Source: Catajapyx aquilonaris (taxonomy: Eukaryota). Taken from it: a DNA stretch of 20,000 nt. The stretch is taken from contig KZ538425.1 of the NCBI GenBank assembly GCA_000934665.2, forward strand, positions 51,811 to 71,810, given 5' to 3'. Below are positions 1-10,945 of this stretch, in pieces (the stretch's first letter is position 1; each line of letters starts with the position of its first letter). The position numbers and the translations under genes were made by a program. Below the pieces are notes generated by a model. The model was not told the DNA's origin. It saw only the letters and a program-made list of their open reading frames with translations, and did not search any database.

Positions 1-415
1 ACTGCGAACATTTGGGGAGTGGGTGGGTAGGGAGGTAGAAGGAGCTCAAGTCCGTTAACTAAGTTGGAGAGAGCGCCATTATCCTCTTCCCAAATCAGTT
101 TCTGTTTGAAAAGCCGCCTCGCTCGCTTCCCTGAGTACATAATACCGGCCGATGAAAGCGGATTGAGATTGAACGTAATGGAGACTCGGGGTAACAGTAA
201 TAGATATCCCACCTCGAATGATTTTGTCACTTGGCAAACACGGATGAGGCCTGACAGACGCGTCTAGGGTTTCCTCTCTCCCTCTCTCTTTTCCCTCAGC
301 ATCCCAGCATCTCTCCCCGGAAAGAGCTGATTTCAGGCTCGGAAACCCATGGCATCAGAGCAAATCTTGGCAAGGGAAGAAGGAAGTGGGAAGTGCAAGA
401 AAGGCCTTTGTCTTC

Positions 416-610
416 AGGGGGGAAAAGAAGCGCGCGGAGAAGATAGAGAAAAAAGGGAAAGAAAAGCCAGAGAGAGAGAAAGGGAGGGGGGTAAGGAGGA
501 TATCAATATTTATTTCGGGCTGACGTTAGTGATTTGGACAAATGAAGACAGAAAAGGGGGGGGGGGGGAAGAGAGAGAGTATTTGCTGGCGAAAGGAAAA
601 GAAAGAGATG
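416..610. repeat. Purine-rich (GA/G/A-run) low-complexity tract
   Basis: Runs of AG dinucleotides, A runs and a long poly-G run around 556-568. Confidence 0.65.
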
Positions 611-1050
611 TCGAGTGTGGGAGGGGTTTTTTGGGGGGTGGGGTGTAAGCTTTTGGCTCGGATCAATACCCGGTGAGGATCCTCTCTCTCTCTTCTCTGG
701 TGCCGGCGCCCGCCAGGAGGTTGAAAGTGCCAATGAAGATTAGCCTACCGCAGAAAATAGACATTGCAGTGAGGGAAGGTTGGAGGCGGCGGGCATGCCA
801 GCGGCTGCCTTCTTCTTAAAACCAAGACAGCCGGAGAGGATTCTTTATTTATTGACGGCACCTTCCCCCCCTCGCCATTTTCTTCCCTATACCACACACT
901 ACCATCCGCATTCAGAGTAGCTCTTTTCATGCCCAACAAACGACGCCCTCCTTGATTATTAACAACCCTTATCTAAACAAATACATCTAAACTGCGCATT
1001 TTTACGCAAAATATAGTTAAGTATGTTTTCACCCACATCTTCAACTGCCT

Positions 1051-1064
1051 ACTCCCAAGGGAAT
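1051..1064. promoter_or_regulatory. Candidate EBF/COE binding palindrome
   Basis: ACTCCCAAGGGAAT has one mismatch to the established EBF consensus ATTCCCNNGGGAAT, and the core TCCCNNGGGA is perfect. Motif match only. Confidence 0.45.
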
Positions 1065-4000
1065 AATGCGCTGGCATGTATGAACTTGAGTAGCCAAATC
1101 ACTGCTGCTGCCAAAAATAGTACACGTCAAACTGGCACATTTCAGCCTCCCCCCCACACCCCATCCTCCTTTTCTTTTTCCAGCCAAGGTAGGTCCCTCC
1201 GCCCCTGTAGTGATTTTCCTTCATCGCCGCTGGAAATTTGCAGACACTCTTTTCCTACGCCCCAAGGGGGTGTCAATGTCAGCGGACTTTTTTTTGGAGG
1301 GGGCTGGGGGGGGGAGGTGTGTGTGTGTTTTTTCCCGNGGGGGGGGGGGGTGTTGAAATAGCAACTTATCTGAATGCGTTCACGTAAGTGCTCCCAGGTC
1401 GAAGTCCTTGCGAACTGCTAATTTCGGCGAAAATGGCCAGCACACAGGGACGTATCCTTTTCCAAAATTCCCCCACCTATTGAACTGAAATGTGCACGGT
1501 CCACCCCTAGTGTCACCTCACCCGTCCAACCCACACACCCAACATTTCCATCCGCGCTTCATTGTACCATCATTCAAGCCAAAGTGGCGCACTTCCTAAT
1601 GGATCCCAATTATCCACGGGGCCATTATCAAACGTAACCTGCGCACTAATCCCTTCATAAACAATAGGCAGGCGGCCATGAAAAGCCTAACTGATGCAGT
1701 TTCCAAGTCCATTTGGCCCCTGCATCTGCTGGGAGTTTGGGCCATGTATCCTCCTCCTTTTTTGGAGGGTTGGGTCCATAGCAAGCACCGGGGAGCCAGA
1801 ATTACTGCCCTTGCCGGACACTATAAATTTGATACAGACGACACCGGATCTGCCGTCCGGAAGACAAACCCTCCTAGTATACTGGCCCCTCTCCTATATA
1901 CCCCTGGCTCTTCCTCAATTAGTTCCGGGCCCCAGGGGGTCCCTTCCGCTTCGACTAGGTCTTCGGGTTTGGCCTCTACCCACCCAGACCCCTAATTACC
2001 AATGGATTCATTATTGAATCTTTTATTCTTTCTAGCTCTCTCCGCGGATCCCTAATTAGCACAACTCAATCAAATTGATTCAATCTTTCTTCCCTTATTA
2101 ATCAGCCTTGGAAAGGTAATTATTTGACGATTCCGCCCCCCCCTCTAGTATATAGAATAGAATTTTTTTCCCCATGCTAGATTTTCCTCCCTCATCGCAA
2201 ACCCAATCCAATTGCATACACATGGCTTAACTCGAGCGTCTTTTCGCTTCAACAGTTCCCCGATCCAGTGTACGGAACTTTTTGGAAAGCTACCTGCCCC
2301 CCGGATCTGAAAATCCAGTCGATATGTGCACGCATGATGCGATGGGCCAAAATATATTTTCCGCGGATGCTCTCTCTCTATATATATGTATATAACTGAT
2401 GGCAAAACGTGCCTTGTGAATTGAAAATGTGTGTTTTTTTTTTAAAAAAAAAAGCCCGAGCCTGAACTAGATTCCCATCTTCGGTCGTTTACAATCAAAA
2501 ACATTTTATACCCATCAATGGGCGTATATCGGGCAACACACGCTGTGTGATGTCGCACTCGCCAGCAGTTACCTCATAATTTATTCGGGGACATCAGTAG
2601 AGGGGGAAAAAAGTGTCCCCACTCGAAAAGTCCTCAATTGTTTGGCAGCATTCGACACGTAACATGCACCGCCATGAATTTATTTGACAATCCACACTAC
2701 GTGAAACGAATTAGGGATGTGTTTCGGAAAAACACTGCCCATAAACGGAAGAACAGGGAGGGGTAATTTGTAGACCAATATAACACGTGTTGTGTGCACA
2801 CCGGATTGGGTAAAAATCCGGAAAGAAACTTGCATCTTACGCCAATTTGTCCTGGATTGCACTTGTCAGTTCGGTGCCCGATATTTTAGCATCCATTATT
2901 TTTCATTCCCCTTGAATAAAACTGCTTCATCAAACGTAACAAAATTTGGTAGCCCTAACAATTCACCCCCCTGGATGGTACGCTGGAGTGATCAAATTTT
3001 TCTGCCCAAAAAACGGTTCCAGAAAGATCCCCCATCCTCACGTCACTCACATTTTTGACACATTAGATTGCCACACTACATCCCCACCCCCCCTAAAAAA
3101 AAAGTTCCCTATACGTTCACCCCCACCCAATCCAACAGCCGAATTCCCCTCCATCGCATAGTTCCCCCCTCAAAAAAGGACCATCATCATCATCCTTCAA
3201 TCCTCCTCCACCCTCCAATGGCGTGTATATAGTAGGCCATCCAATGCTTGTCATGACGTCAGTCTTCTGGTGGTGGTGGCCCTCGGCATGTCCCTAGTGG
3301 CAGGTGTGGATCCCCGTCTTCCAATGACTCATCAGCTGAGGGACTTGAACGCACAGTTGGGACGGACCCGAGCAAGACTTAATTATGCATGCTAATTGCT
3401 TCACTGGCAAGGCCGCCACTTGTGCGAGGTTTATACCTTCTGCTTGCTGCACGCTCTTACTCTCCATCTTATATATCAAAGGACGGACATCTTGCTTTTA
3501 GCCTCCCCCTTTTCCGCATCCACCTGCTTGCTTGCTGTGGGGCACTTTCTACTCTTGGCTGCTGTTTCTTTGTTGTAAGTTTCCTTTGTGAAGTTACGGG
3601 AACTCCGGGTGGTCTCAAGGAGTGCGGTGTTTACTCGCATCCTACATGCAGAATAGCGCATATATTCAAAGCATGTGGCAGCTTTAATCTGGACCTAATC
3701 CTATCCAATATTTTATGTGTGACGCATAGTGTCAAAGGGGTCAGGTGTCCTGATTGATCCGACCACCTCCCTCGATTCTCCTTATCCCCCCTTTTAGTCC
3801 GGTCGGATTCCTTTCTTCCCCCCACAGATTAGCTCCCACAAGCCCGCGAAACCATCAGGAATGAAACTCAATTAGGGGACGTATTAAAATTAATAAAGAT
3901 GCCCCCTTGCAGAATAATCACACCGGGCTTGGCTCCGTTGAGCCCAGGCAAGCAGTAGGGGGCGGCCATGGGCTTTCCAAAGAGGCCTCTTCCGATTCAA

Positions 4001-5611
4001 TTTGTGTGCCCGGGGTCAGGAGTTAGCGCTGGGGCTTACGTCGGACCCCCTTCCCAGCAGCAGAGAGAGACGGAATAATGCAAAGGGGGGTGTATGTACC
4101 CAAGCATATCCCTCTGGCTAACTCAACAAGAAGCCAGAAAGAAGAGAGTAATTAGACTGGAAGGCCCCTTGCCTTAATATATGGTGCGCCCCTTTTGCTT
4201 TGGACCCTGCACATTCTTGCAGAGGTTCTTATCGCCTAGTTACACTGCTCAGTGTGTGAAGGTTTGGGGAGGTTTTCCCCCTGCTGGGAATTTCCATCCT
4301 CAGAAGTGGGGGTGTGGCCATAAAGCGCCAGTGGTACACGTGCCTCGGGGCCGTAACCTTCTCCCAGACTACCTGTTTTATGAAGGGGGAAGGCAAAGGG
4401 AGAATTCGCAGTTCATCGGAGAAGTTTTGGGTCGAATTACACACGTTCCACTTTTTTTTTCTCTCCTTTTTTCAAAAGCAGGTTAAGAGCAGGGGGGGAA
4501 AAAAAGCAGGTTTTGATCTGTCCTGATGATCAAACTCCTTTACACATCGTGTCATGTGCGGCGGAGTGCTTACAAGGATTCTTGGGGCGGAGGTGACGAG
4601 GGTCCAAGTTGCTTGTCGGTGCCGGTTTTTATGGGCGGCTTGGGGATTTGCAGAGTGCACTTCTTTCAACTTAGGCTACTCCAACTCGAACCAGCACCAC
4701 CACACACAAACACACAGAAACGAAAATCGCTTTCCATAATATACTAGCCTGATTAATGATATTTCTGTAGGCTATACGAGCAGGAAATGAAATAGTCACA
4801 AAAATCGGCTAATTGTTAGCAGGTGGTGTCGACTATGCGACCTGATTAATAAGTTGGAGGTATTTCGCAACGTGCATGTACGATACAAGGTGGTGGAGTT
4901 TAAAAAAAATCCGCAGCAGAAATTAGTGGTATCACGCTGAAAAAAGCAGAGACCCATTTTCCCTCGAGAGTTCGTTGTAGGCAACCACATCAAAAAAGAG
5001 TGGAGGGGCTATGTTTTTGAACTCTTTTTTTTTCTGTCTCTCTCTGGGAGCTTTATCAGCTCGGGCAATTGGGAGATGATCGCTTGTTTCGGGAGGTACG
5101 GAAACAAAACCAGGAGGATGAGGAGGGGGGAAAAAGATAGTCATCGGTCGGGAAGCCCAAAAATATTCCTCAGACGGAGAAACAAAAGGGCAAAATTAAA
5201 TTCAACAACCCACACGAAGTGACTTGCAGATTAGTTTTACGGCAATATTATCTCGGTTTTCCCTTCGCTTGCACTGTCAACGTATCCGGGAATCCGGAAC
5301 CCACCTTGCGGCGAGGTTGCCAGCATCAGAGAGGAATAATTCCTCTCAGCCAGATCTCTCTCTCTATATATATATACCTTCCCCTCTCCCCTTTTTACAA
5401 ATCGAACCCTTCCCTGCCATTCCTGCCCGAGATAAGAGGAGAAAAAGAGGGATCTGGAATTTCACGCTCTACTCCGATTCGCTGCATCCGCATCACTTCG
5501 CCTGGATGCCTCTAAGAAATTGACCTCGCTCCCACTTTCCTTCAGACACAAGATATTGACAATTCGTCCATGGTTGCAGCACGAAGAAGTGAAGAAAAAT
5601 ATGGTCCTTAC

Positions 5612-5680
5612 CTGTCGATGATGACAGGATCAGAAGGAGTCTCGTTCCTGTTTCCGCAGCTCTTCTTATCGCAACAGCGG
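5612..5680 (-). CDS. EBF: COE/EBF coding exon (equivalent to exon 6): (S)[22 protein letters not shown](R), second half of the zinc knuckle
   Basis: Minus strand reads ...atactttttttcag|C CGC TGT TGC GAT AAG AAG AGC TGC GGA AAC AGG AAC GAG ACT CCT TCT GAT CCT GTC ATC ATC GAC AG|gtaagg. 69 nt, phase 2 in and out. Completes the COE signature [12 protein letters not shown]. Confidence 0.98.
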
Positions 5681-7642
5681 CTGAAAAAAAGTATAATAGG
5701 ATATAATTATAAATGCGTTCCCCCCCCCTTCTTCCATCTTATTCTGAGTGTTACTATAGTTGAAGGTTTGGTTTGGTGGGGGAGGGAGATGGTGGCGAAA
5801 ATGCTGAGGCAAGGAAAAGCAGTAAAAGCCATTGGGGCCCTTGTTCTCCCAGGGCAATCGTCTCCCTTGCCCGGCCATTGTGTGCCCCCTTCCTGCTTGT
5901 TATATGCTGCTTGGGCGACCCCCTCCTCCTCTTTCCAGATCGGTTGGTGCCTATACCTTCCAGCATTCCAATGTGTGTGGGGAGGACTATTTTCTTTCTT
6001 TCTTCTTCTTCCCCAGATTGTTCTCCGCTCACGACTTTGCATCGCACTGGCCTTAGGGAACAGCACTAGGTACAGATGGAGGCAGGGGAATGATCATGGG
6101 AAGTTCCTAGCATCGTTAGGAATACCTCCCCTAAACCGGCGCCTTATTGGAGCATTTTCTCCTGGGAATTTAGGTTGACTCACCCCTGTTACATTGCTGC
6201 GACTACAGCCTGTCCCGGAAAGCAACTTCTGAGTCACCCTGTGTGCTAAATGGAATATCTGGCGAATCATTAAGGTAATTAAATCCTCAGGCCTTTCCAC
6301 GTATTATTCCCGGTGCTGTAAGGTGCGTTCAGTCTGGGTTCCCTCCCCAAAAAAAGAGCTCCGAAACCTGCCATTCTCGGAGTTTAACCTCCAGGAAATG
6401 GCGTCTGACAAGGAAACCGCGTTGACGTTCCTCAAGAGACCCGCCTTGGAGACGATCCATCCGTCACCATAACTTAATCTTCCCTTCCCGATGCAAGGGA
6501 AAGCGGCTAATTGCCGGGAAAAAGCCTTTTCCTCCCCTTATATTCAGAGAGAGAGAGAGAGGAACGTCACCTTTGTTATACAAGTACGTCTGTAATTGGG
6601 GCAAAGCACTGCAACTAGCAAAATAAAAAACTGCGGTTGCGTGGGTGGCGGCTTGGCTGCTACTGCAAAAAAAAAAAGTGCGAATAAATGTCGCGAGTCG
6701 GATGTGGAAATCAGCTTTCGCGCGCGTACGACTTTAAACCGGCATACAAGGGAATTAAATCTTTATCCTGTGGTCTTACGCCACCATCACTAGCCTTCTG
6801 GGAGCAATATACGTACTTAAACTAACACCACGCGCTAACGCCAGTCACGTTAATTTTGCACACTGCAATTCAGAGGGTCCGCCCAGCAGGCCCTCCGATA
6901 TATATACATACGGCCCACCAGATCAAACAAACGTTCACATCTACAGGGTGTTACCAACAACGGAAGGGTTATTAGGATAGGCCTCTGGCACCAGAATAAA
7001 AAGAGAGAGCGGCTTTAAATTCAATGCCTCGAATAATTTTTTGGCATTTTACTGCAGCCTGATAAATATGCAAAAGCAGGCTGTCTTTCATGAAGTGATT
7101 ATAAATTCAGTACATTAAAAAAAAACTAGGCTGTGCAATTAAGTTCAAATAAAACTGTTCAATTTTTGAAGCATTAGATTACTGTTGTGTTTGAATGTAA
7201 GCATACCTCAATTAATCTCTAAATTGCCTACATATGTTTGACACTGTAGCGTAAACAGCAGTGTATACATTACTGAATTTCGTTTAAAAAAAAGTACTGG
7301 CTTATAAAATTACTTTTTAGGCCAAGTTCAGCCATATTTGCCAATAATATTTGACCTGATGTTATACAAAGTACACTTTTCTGTCCATACTAAAATGACA
7401 TGCGCAAGTCACATGTAGGTCCAAGGTCAACGCTTTCAAGTCGTGCTTCAAATGCAATTTTAAATCATTCCCTGTGACTCCCACGCAATTTCAGCCTGAT
7501 CTGAGCCATCCTGTGCCTCTCTCCAAACATGGCGGAGTCGAGTATGTGTGTATATATCAGTCTGAAATTCTCTTTTTGTCTGAAACGATGCCACCTTCTG
7601 ATTCTTCCCTTTGTTGGCAGTTCTTGCATCCAGGGGAGGTTG

Positions 7643-7755
7643 GAGAGTGAGAGAGAGATGGGGAGAGAGAGAGATGGGGAGAGAGAGAGGATGAAGGGAG
7701 ATGAGGGAGATGGATAGAAGGGAGAGGAGGAAAGTGGGGATGGGCGGGGAGAGAA
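7643..7755. repeat. Polypurine low-complexity tract with degenerate GAGAGAGATGGG units
   Basis: gagagagatggggagagagagagatggggagagagagaggatgaagggagatgagggagatgg...; almost no C on the + strand. Confidence 0.8.
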
Positions 7756-7773
7756 GCGAGCCCCGCTCTTCTT

Positions 7774-7787
7774 GATCCCCAGGGATC
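7774..7787. promoter_or_regulatory. Candidate EBF/COE binding palindrome
   Basis: GATCCC-CA-GGGATC has a perfect TCCCNNGGGA core with 6-bp symmetric arms. Motif match only. Confidence 0.4.
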
Positions 7788-8989
7788 CGAGCCCCTCCCA
7801 TTACTCTGCTTTAGGGCCGGCAGAAGGCTCGCAGCAGCCGCTTGTCGATAGCACCGACTTTCCCTCCCCCCCGTCACAGCGCGCTGAGCACGAAGGCAAG
7901 CACAATGGAGGAGGAGGAGGAAGGCGCTGGGGGAATATATATACATATAGGAAGGGGCAGCCTAGCTCAAGCTCACTTGCTGCCAAGACACATGCACACA
8001 CAAATAAAAAGACAATCAGAAATAATAATAATAATATTGTCAAAAAAAGGGACAGCCCGGTGCCATGTGCTCATTACTGCACGTGCCTGAGCAGCCATTA
8101 TTGCCCCGGCATGTTCTTATAGAAGGAAGAAGCTAGGTTGAGAAGTCTGCTACAGATGGCAAGGTTTCTCTCGTCTCCTTTTGGTACGCATGCCCCATCG
8201 TTGCAGAAGGCGAAGTGAGGGAGGAGGATGGAGGGGGATTGGGGGGGGGGAAGTCTGTGCCCGGAAGTGCTTCGACAGTATCGATCACCGCTGCAAAACG
8301 TCTGATACTTGTTGAAGCATGAAATAGTTCCGCTATGAACACCTGAACTGACGTGGGAGAGCAATTCCCATCTGGCCCATGAATGAGGAAATCCTGCACT
8401 CCATCGCGCGATACACCCATACAGTGCCGAGACACTGATTTTTCTTCAAGATTTTTTTTTGGTGTGTGTGTGGAGGTCGATGGCACACAAAGTACGTCGA
8501 GTGAAGGATTACGTCACGTCAAGTGCATGCATGTGTCTGAATTACACTATGCAACTTGAAAAAAAGCAAGACAATTTATTCAAAATATTGAACGAAAGCT
8601 TCGACGAAAGCAGTGCTCCTATACGAGTATAAGCAATATCATCATAGTTCATCAAATTAATTTTTTTCAGTGTGGTCAACTATATAGGTGTATTATCTGC
8701 ATGAAAAATATTCCGAAGAAATTATGCAGGGGCTGCAATTGGAAATGTCCCAAATTTTTCGAGGCCCACCATATAATCCACTCGACATCACCCTGAATGA
8801 ATAAGTAACCGAGAGCAAGTGTTGACATTTTCTCTGACCGCCCCCTGCGCAGATGATGACCAGGCTATTAACCTCCCTCTATCCTCCCATACAACTACTT
8901 AAGCCTGCAATATTCATGTCACAGATGTTCTCTTCCTCCACAAGCACCACCGGAAAAGGGGGTCCGGGTTTCCCCCCTTCCTCCAAGGG

Positions 8990-8990
<1 letters not shown>

Positions 8991-9050
<60 letters not shown>
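8991..9050. repeat. (CT)30 microsatellite
   Basis: 60 nt of uninterrupted CT dinucleotide. Confidence 0.97.
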
Positions 9051-9052
<2 letters not shown>

Positions 9053-10049
9053 CAACATTAACCATTCTCGAGGTTGACACAATGTCATGTGTCCACTCTT
9101 CTGGCCAACCCCTCTCCACAGTCCCTCCCTCCCCCCCTCTCTCTCCCAAAAAAGGAGGGGTGGGTTGTCCAGGTTTGGAACCTGTCGCCAGAAACTCGCT
9201 GGAGCTGCACAGAAATTGGTGTCATGCGGACGGGTTGCGGTTTTTTACGGACTTTCCACCATGTCCATCCGACGGACACGACCTCCGGGATCTTATCCCT
9301 TTTAAAAATGGGGTCCCAGCGACGGAAGTGTCGCAGGCTGTATCAGCAAAGTAAATCGTTATGAAATAACCCATAATTTATATATAGACAAGGACGTCCG
9401 CAACAAAATGACGCGTGACTCAGGCTAAAATGTCAACACGGAGACACTGCGGTTGTCACGAGCCATTGGGAAATGGTGATGAAGAGTTTTCCTCCAACAG
9501 CCCCATTTGGCATTAACAACCCCTCGCTACCTATATCCCTCTCTTCCTCGCATCAAGGCTCATGAAATACCCCACCCCTCCTCCTCTTTTATAGACCGCC
9601 GCTGCGTTTATACACAGTTGTAATAATAAATCATGTAATCCGAACAAATACAGTTTCATTGATACACGCAACCCCCGCTTGAGTTACTACTGGGGTTGTT
9701 ATATATAGGGTCGCTTTTATTATCCCCCAGTAATCCATTGTAAATATCATCAAACGTCCGAATCGGCGCAATACTTTTAATTAGATGGGGCAAAATAAGC
9801 GAAACAGGGCGCGAATTAACCCGTGATAATGATTGGTTAAATTTTCAACAAATCATTGGGTTGTGACGCACGGGGAGTACCACTCCCAGTATTTAATTAG
9901 CACGCCAGATCAACAACTAAATAACGGCAGGACTCGCGCCCTGCCGCTGTTTGCTGTTTCATATTATGTGTAGTGGGGTATATATAGTAGGGAGAGGACT
10001 ATGGGGGGTGGATCTATGATATCATAGTGATGTTTGGTTATGTACTCAC

Positions 10050-10123
10050 CTGCACATGACCTCGTGCGTGAGGAGAACTCGGCACATTTCGGGGTTTTTG
10101 TCTTGGCCCTCGTAGATGATAGC
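10050..10123 (-). CDS. EBF: COE/EBF coding exon (equivalent to exon 5): [24 protein letters not shown](S), first half of the zinc knuckle
   Basis: Minus strand reads ...aacttttcatttcag|GCT ATC ATC TAC GAG GGC CAA GAC AAA AAC CCC GAA ATG TGC CGA GTT CTC CTC ACG CAC GAG GTC ATG TGC AG|gtgagt. 74 nt, phase 0 in, phase 2 out. Near-invariant COE sequence. Confidence 0.98.
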
Positions 10124-10758
10124 CTGAAATGAAAAGTTGTGGATCAATCACACATATTTTGATGATTAAATTAATTCATGACATCACGGCATAATCCCAG
10201 ACACAGCGACGGCTAGTTACACTTATAGTATAAAAAAGTTCACATCAGAATAATATTTGAATCAACAACAGCACTGCTGGAAATGTTGCAGGTGCAAGGC
10301 TTAAAGTTACAAGCCTGCTGCATTGTCGAAAATGCAAACCCGACGTCTCTGCTGCTGTCACAATCCGGGCCCATATCAAATTAAGCCATAACCCTCTCTC
10401 TCCTAAGTTAATGCAACTTAGTCACGATATGAAGTTGAGACAGCGCAGTAAAATAATACACGTATCTCTCTTCTTAAGTGACCGGGAGAACTCTATATAC
10501 ACTCTGCTACTCAACTTCATGGGAGACCTGACAATTACGCTAAGTGAATTCTTAATAAACCTAATGGAGTGGAAGCCCTGCTGCCAGATAGACAAATGGT
10601 CAGAGTTGACACCTCACGGAAACGGCCGGAAACAACCAGAATCAAAATCCATAATATCTTGTTGCCTATAATCCTTACTCATAAGTTCACTTCGCCACCC
10701 TCATATATGACAACGAAAAAAAAGAGAGAAAGATCTAGAGGAGGGGGGGGGGGGGGAA

Positions 10759-10945
10759 NNNNNNNNNNNNNNNNNNNNNNNNNNNNNNNNNNNNNNNNNN
10801 NNNNNNNNNNNNNNNNNNNNNNNNNNNNNNNNNNNNNNNNNNNNNNNNNNNNNNNNNNNNNNNNNNNNNNNNNNNNNNNNNNNNNNNNNNNNNNNNNNNN
10901 NNNNNNNNNNNNNNNNNNNNNNNNNNNNNNNNNNNNNNNNNNNNN
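10759..10945. other. Assembly gap (187 N) flanked by poly-G on both sides
   Basis: N run seen directly. Left flank is G14-AA, right flank is G13-AA. Confidence 0.97.

Noticed and set aside
5570..6178. Longest ORF (202 aa, + strand)
   Set aside because: It is antisense to the real COE exon at 5612-5680, has no recognisable domain and is partly low-complexity; probably a chance ORF.
9688..9732. TACTGGGG...CCCCAGTA inverted repeat as a possible pre-miRNA or MITE
   Set aside because: Only an 8-bp stem with poorly paired interior, and no target-site duplication or second copy.
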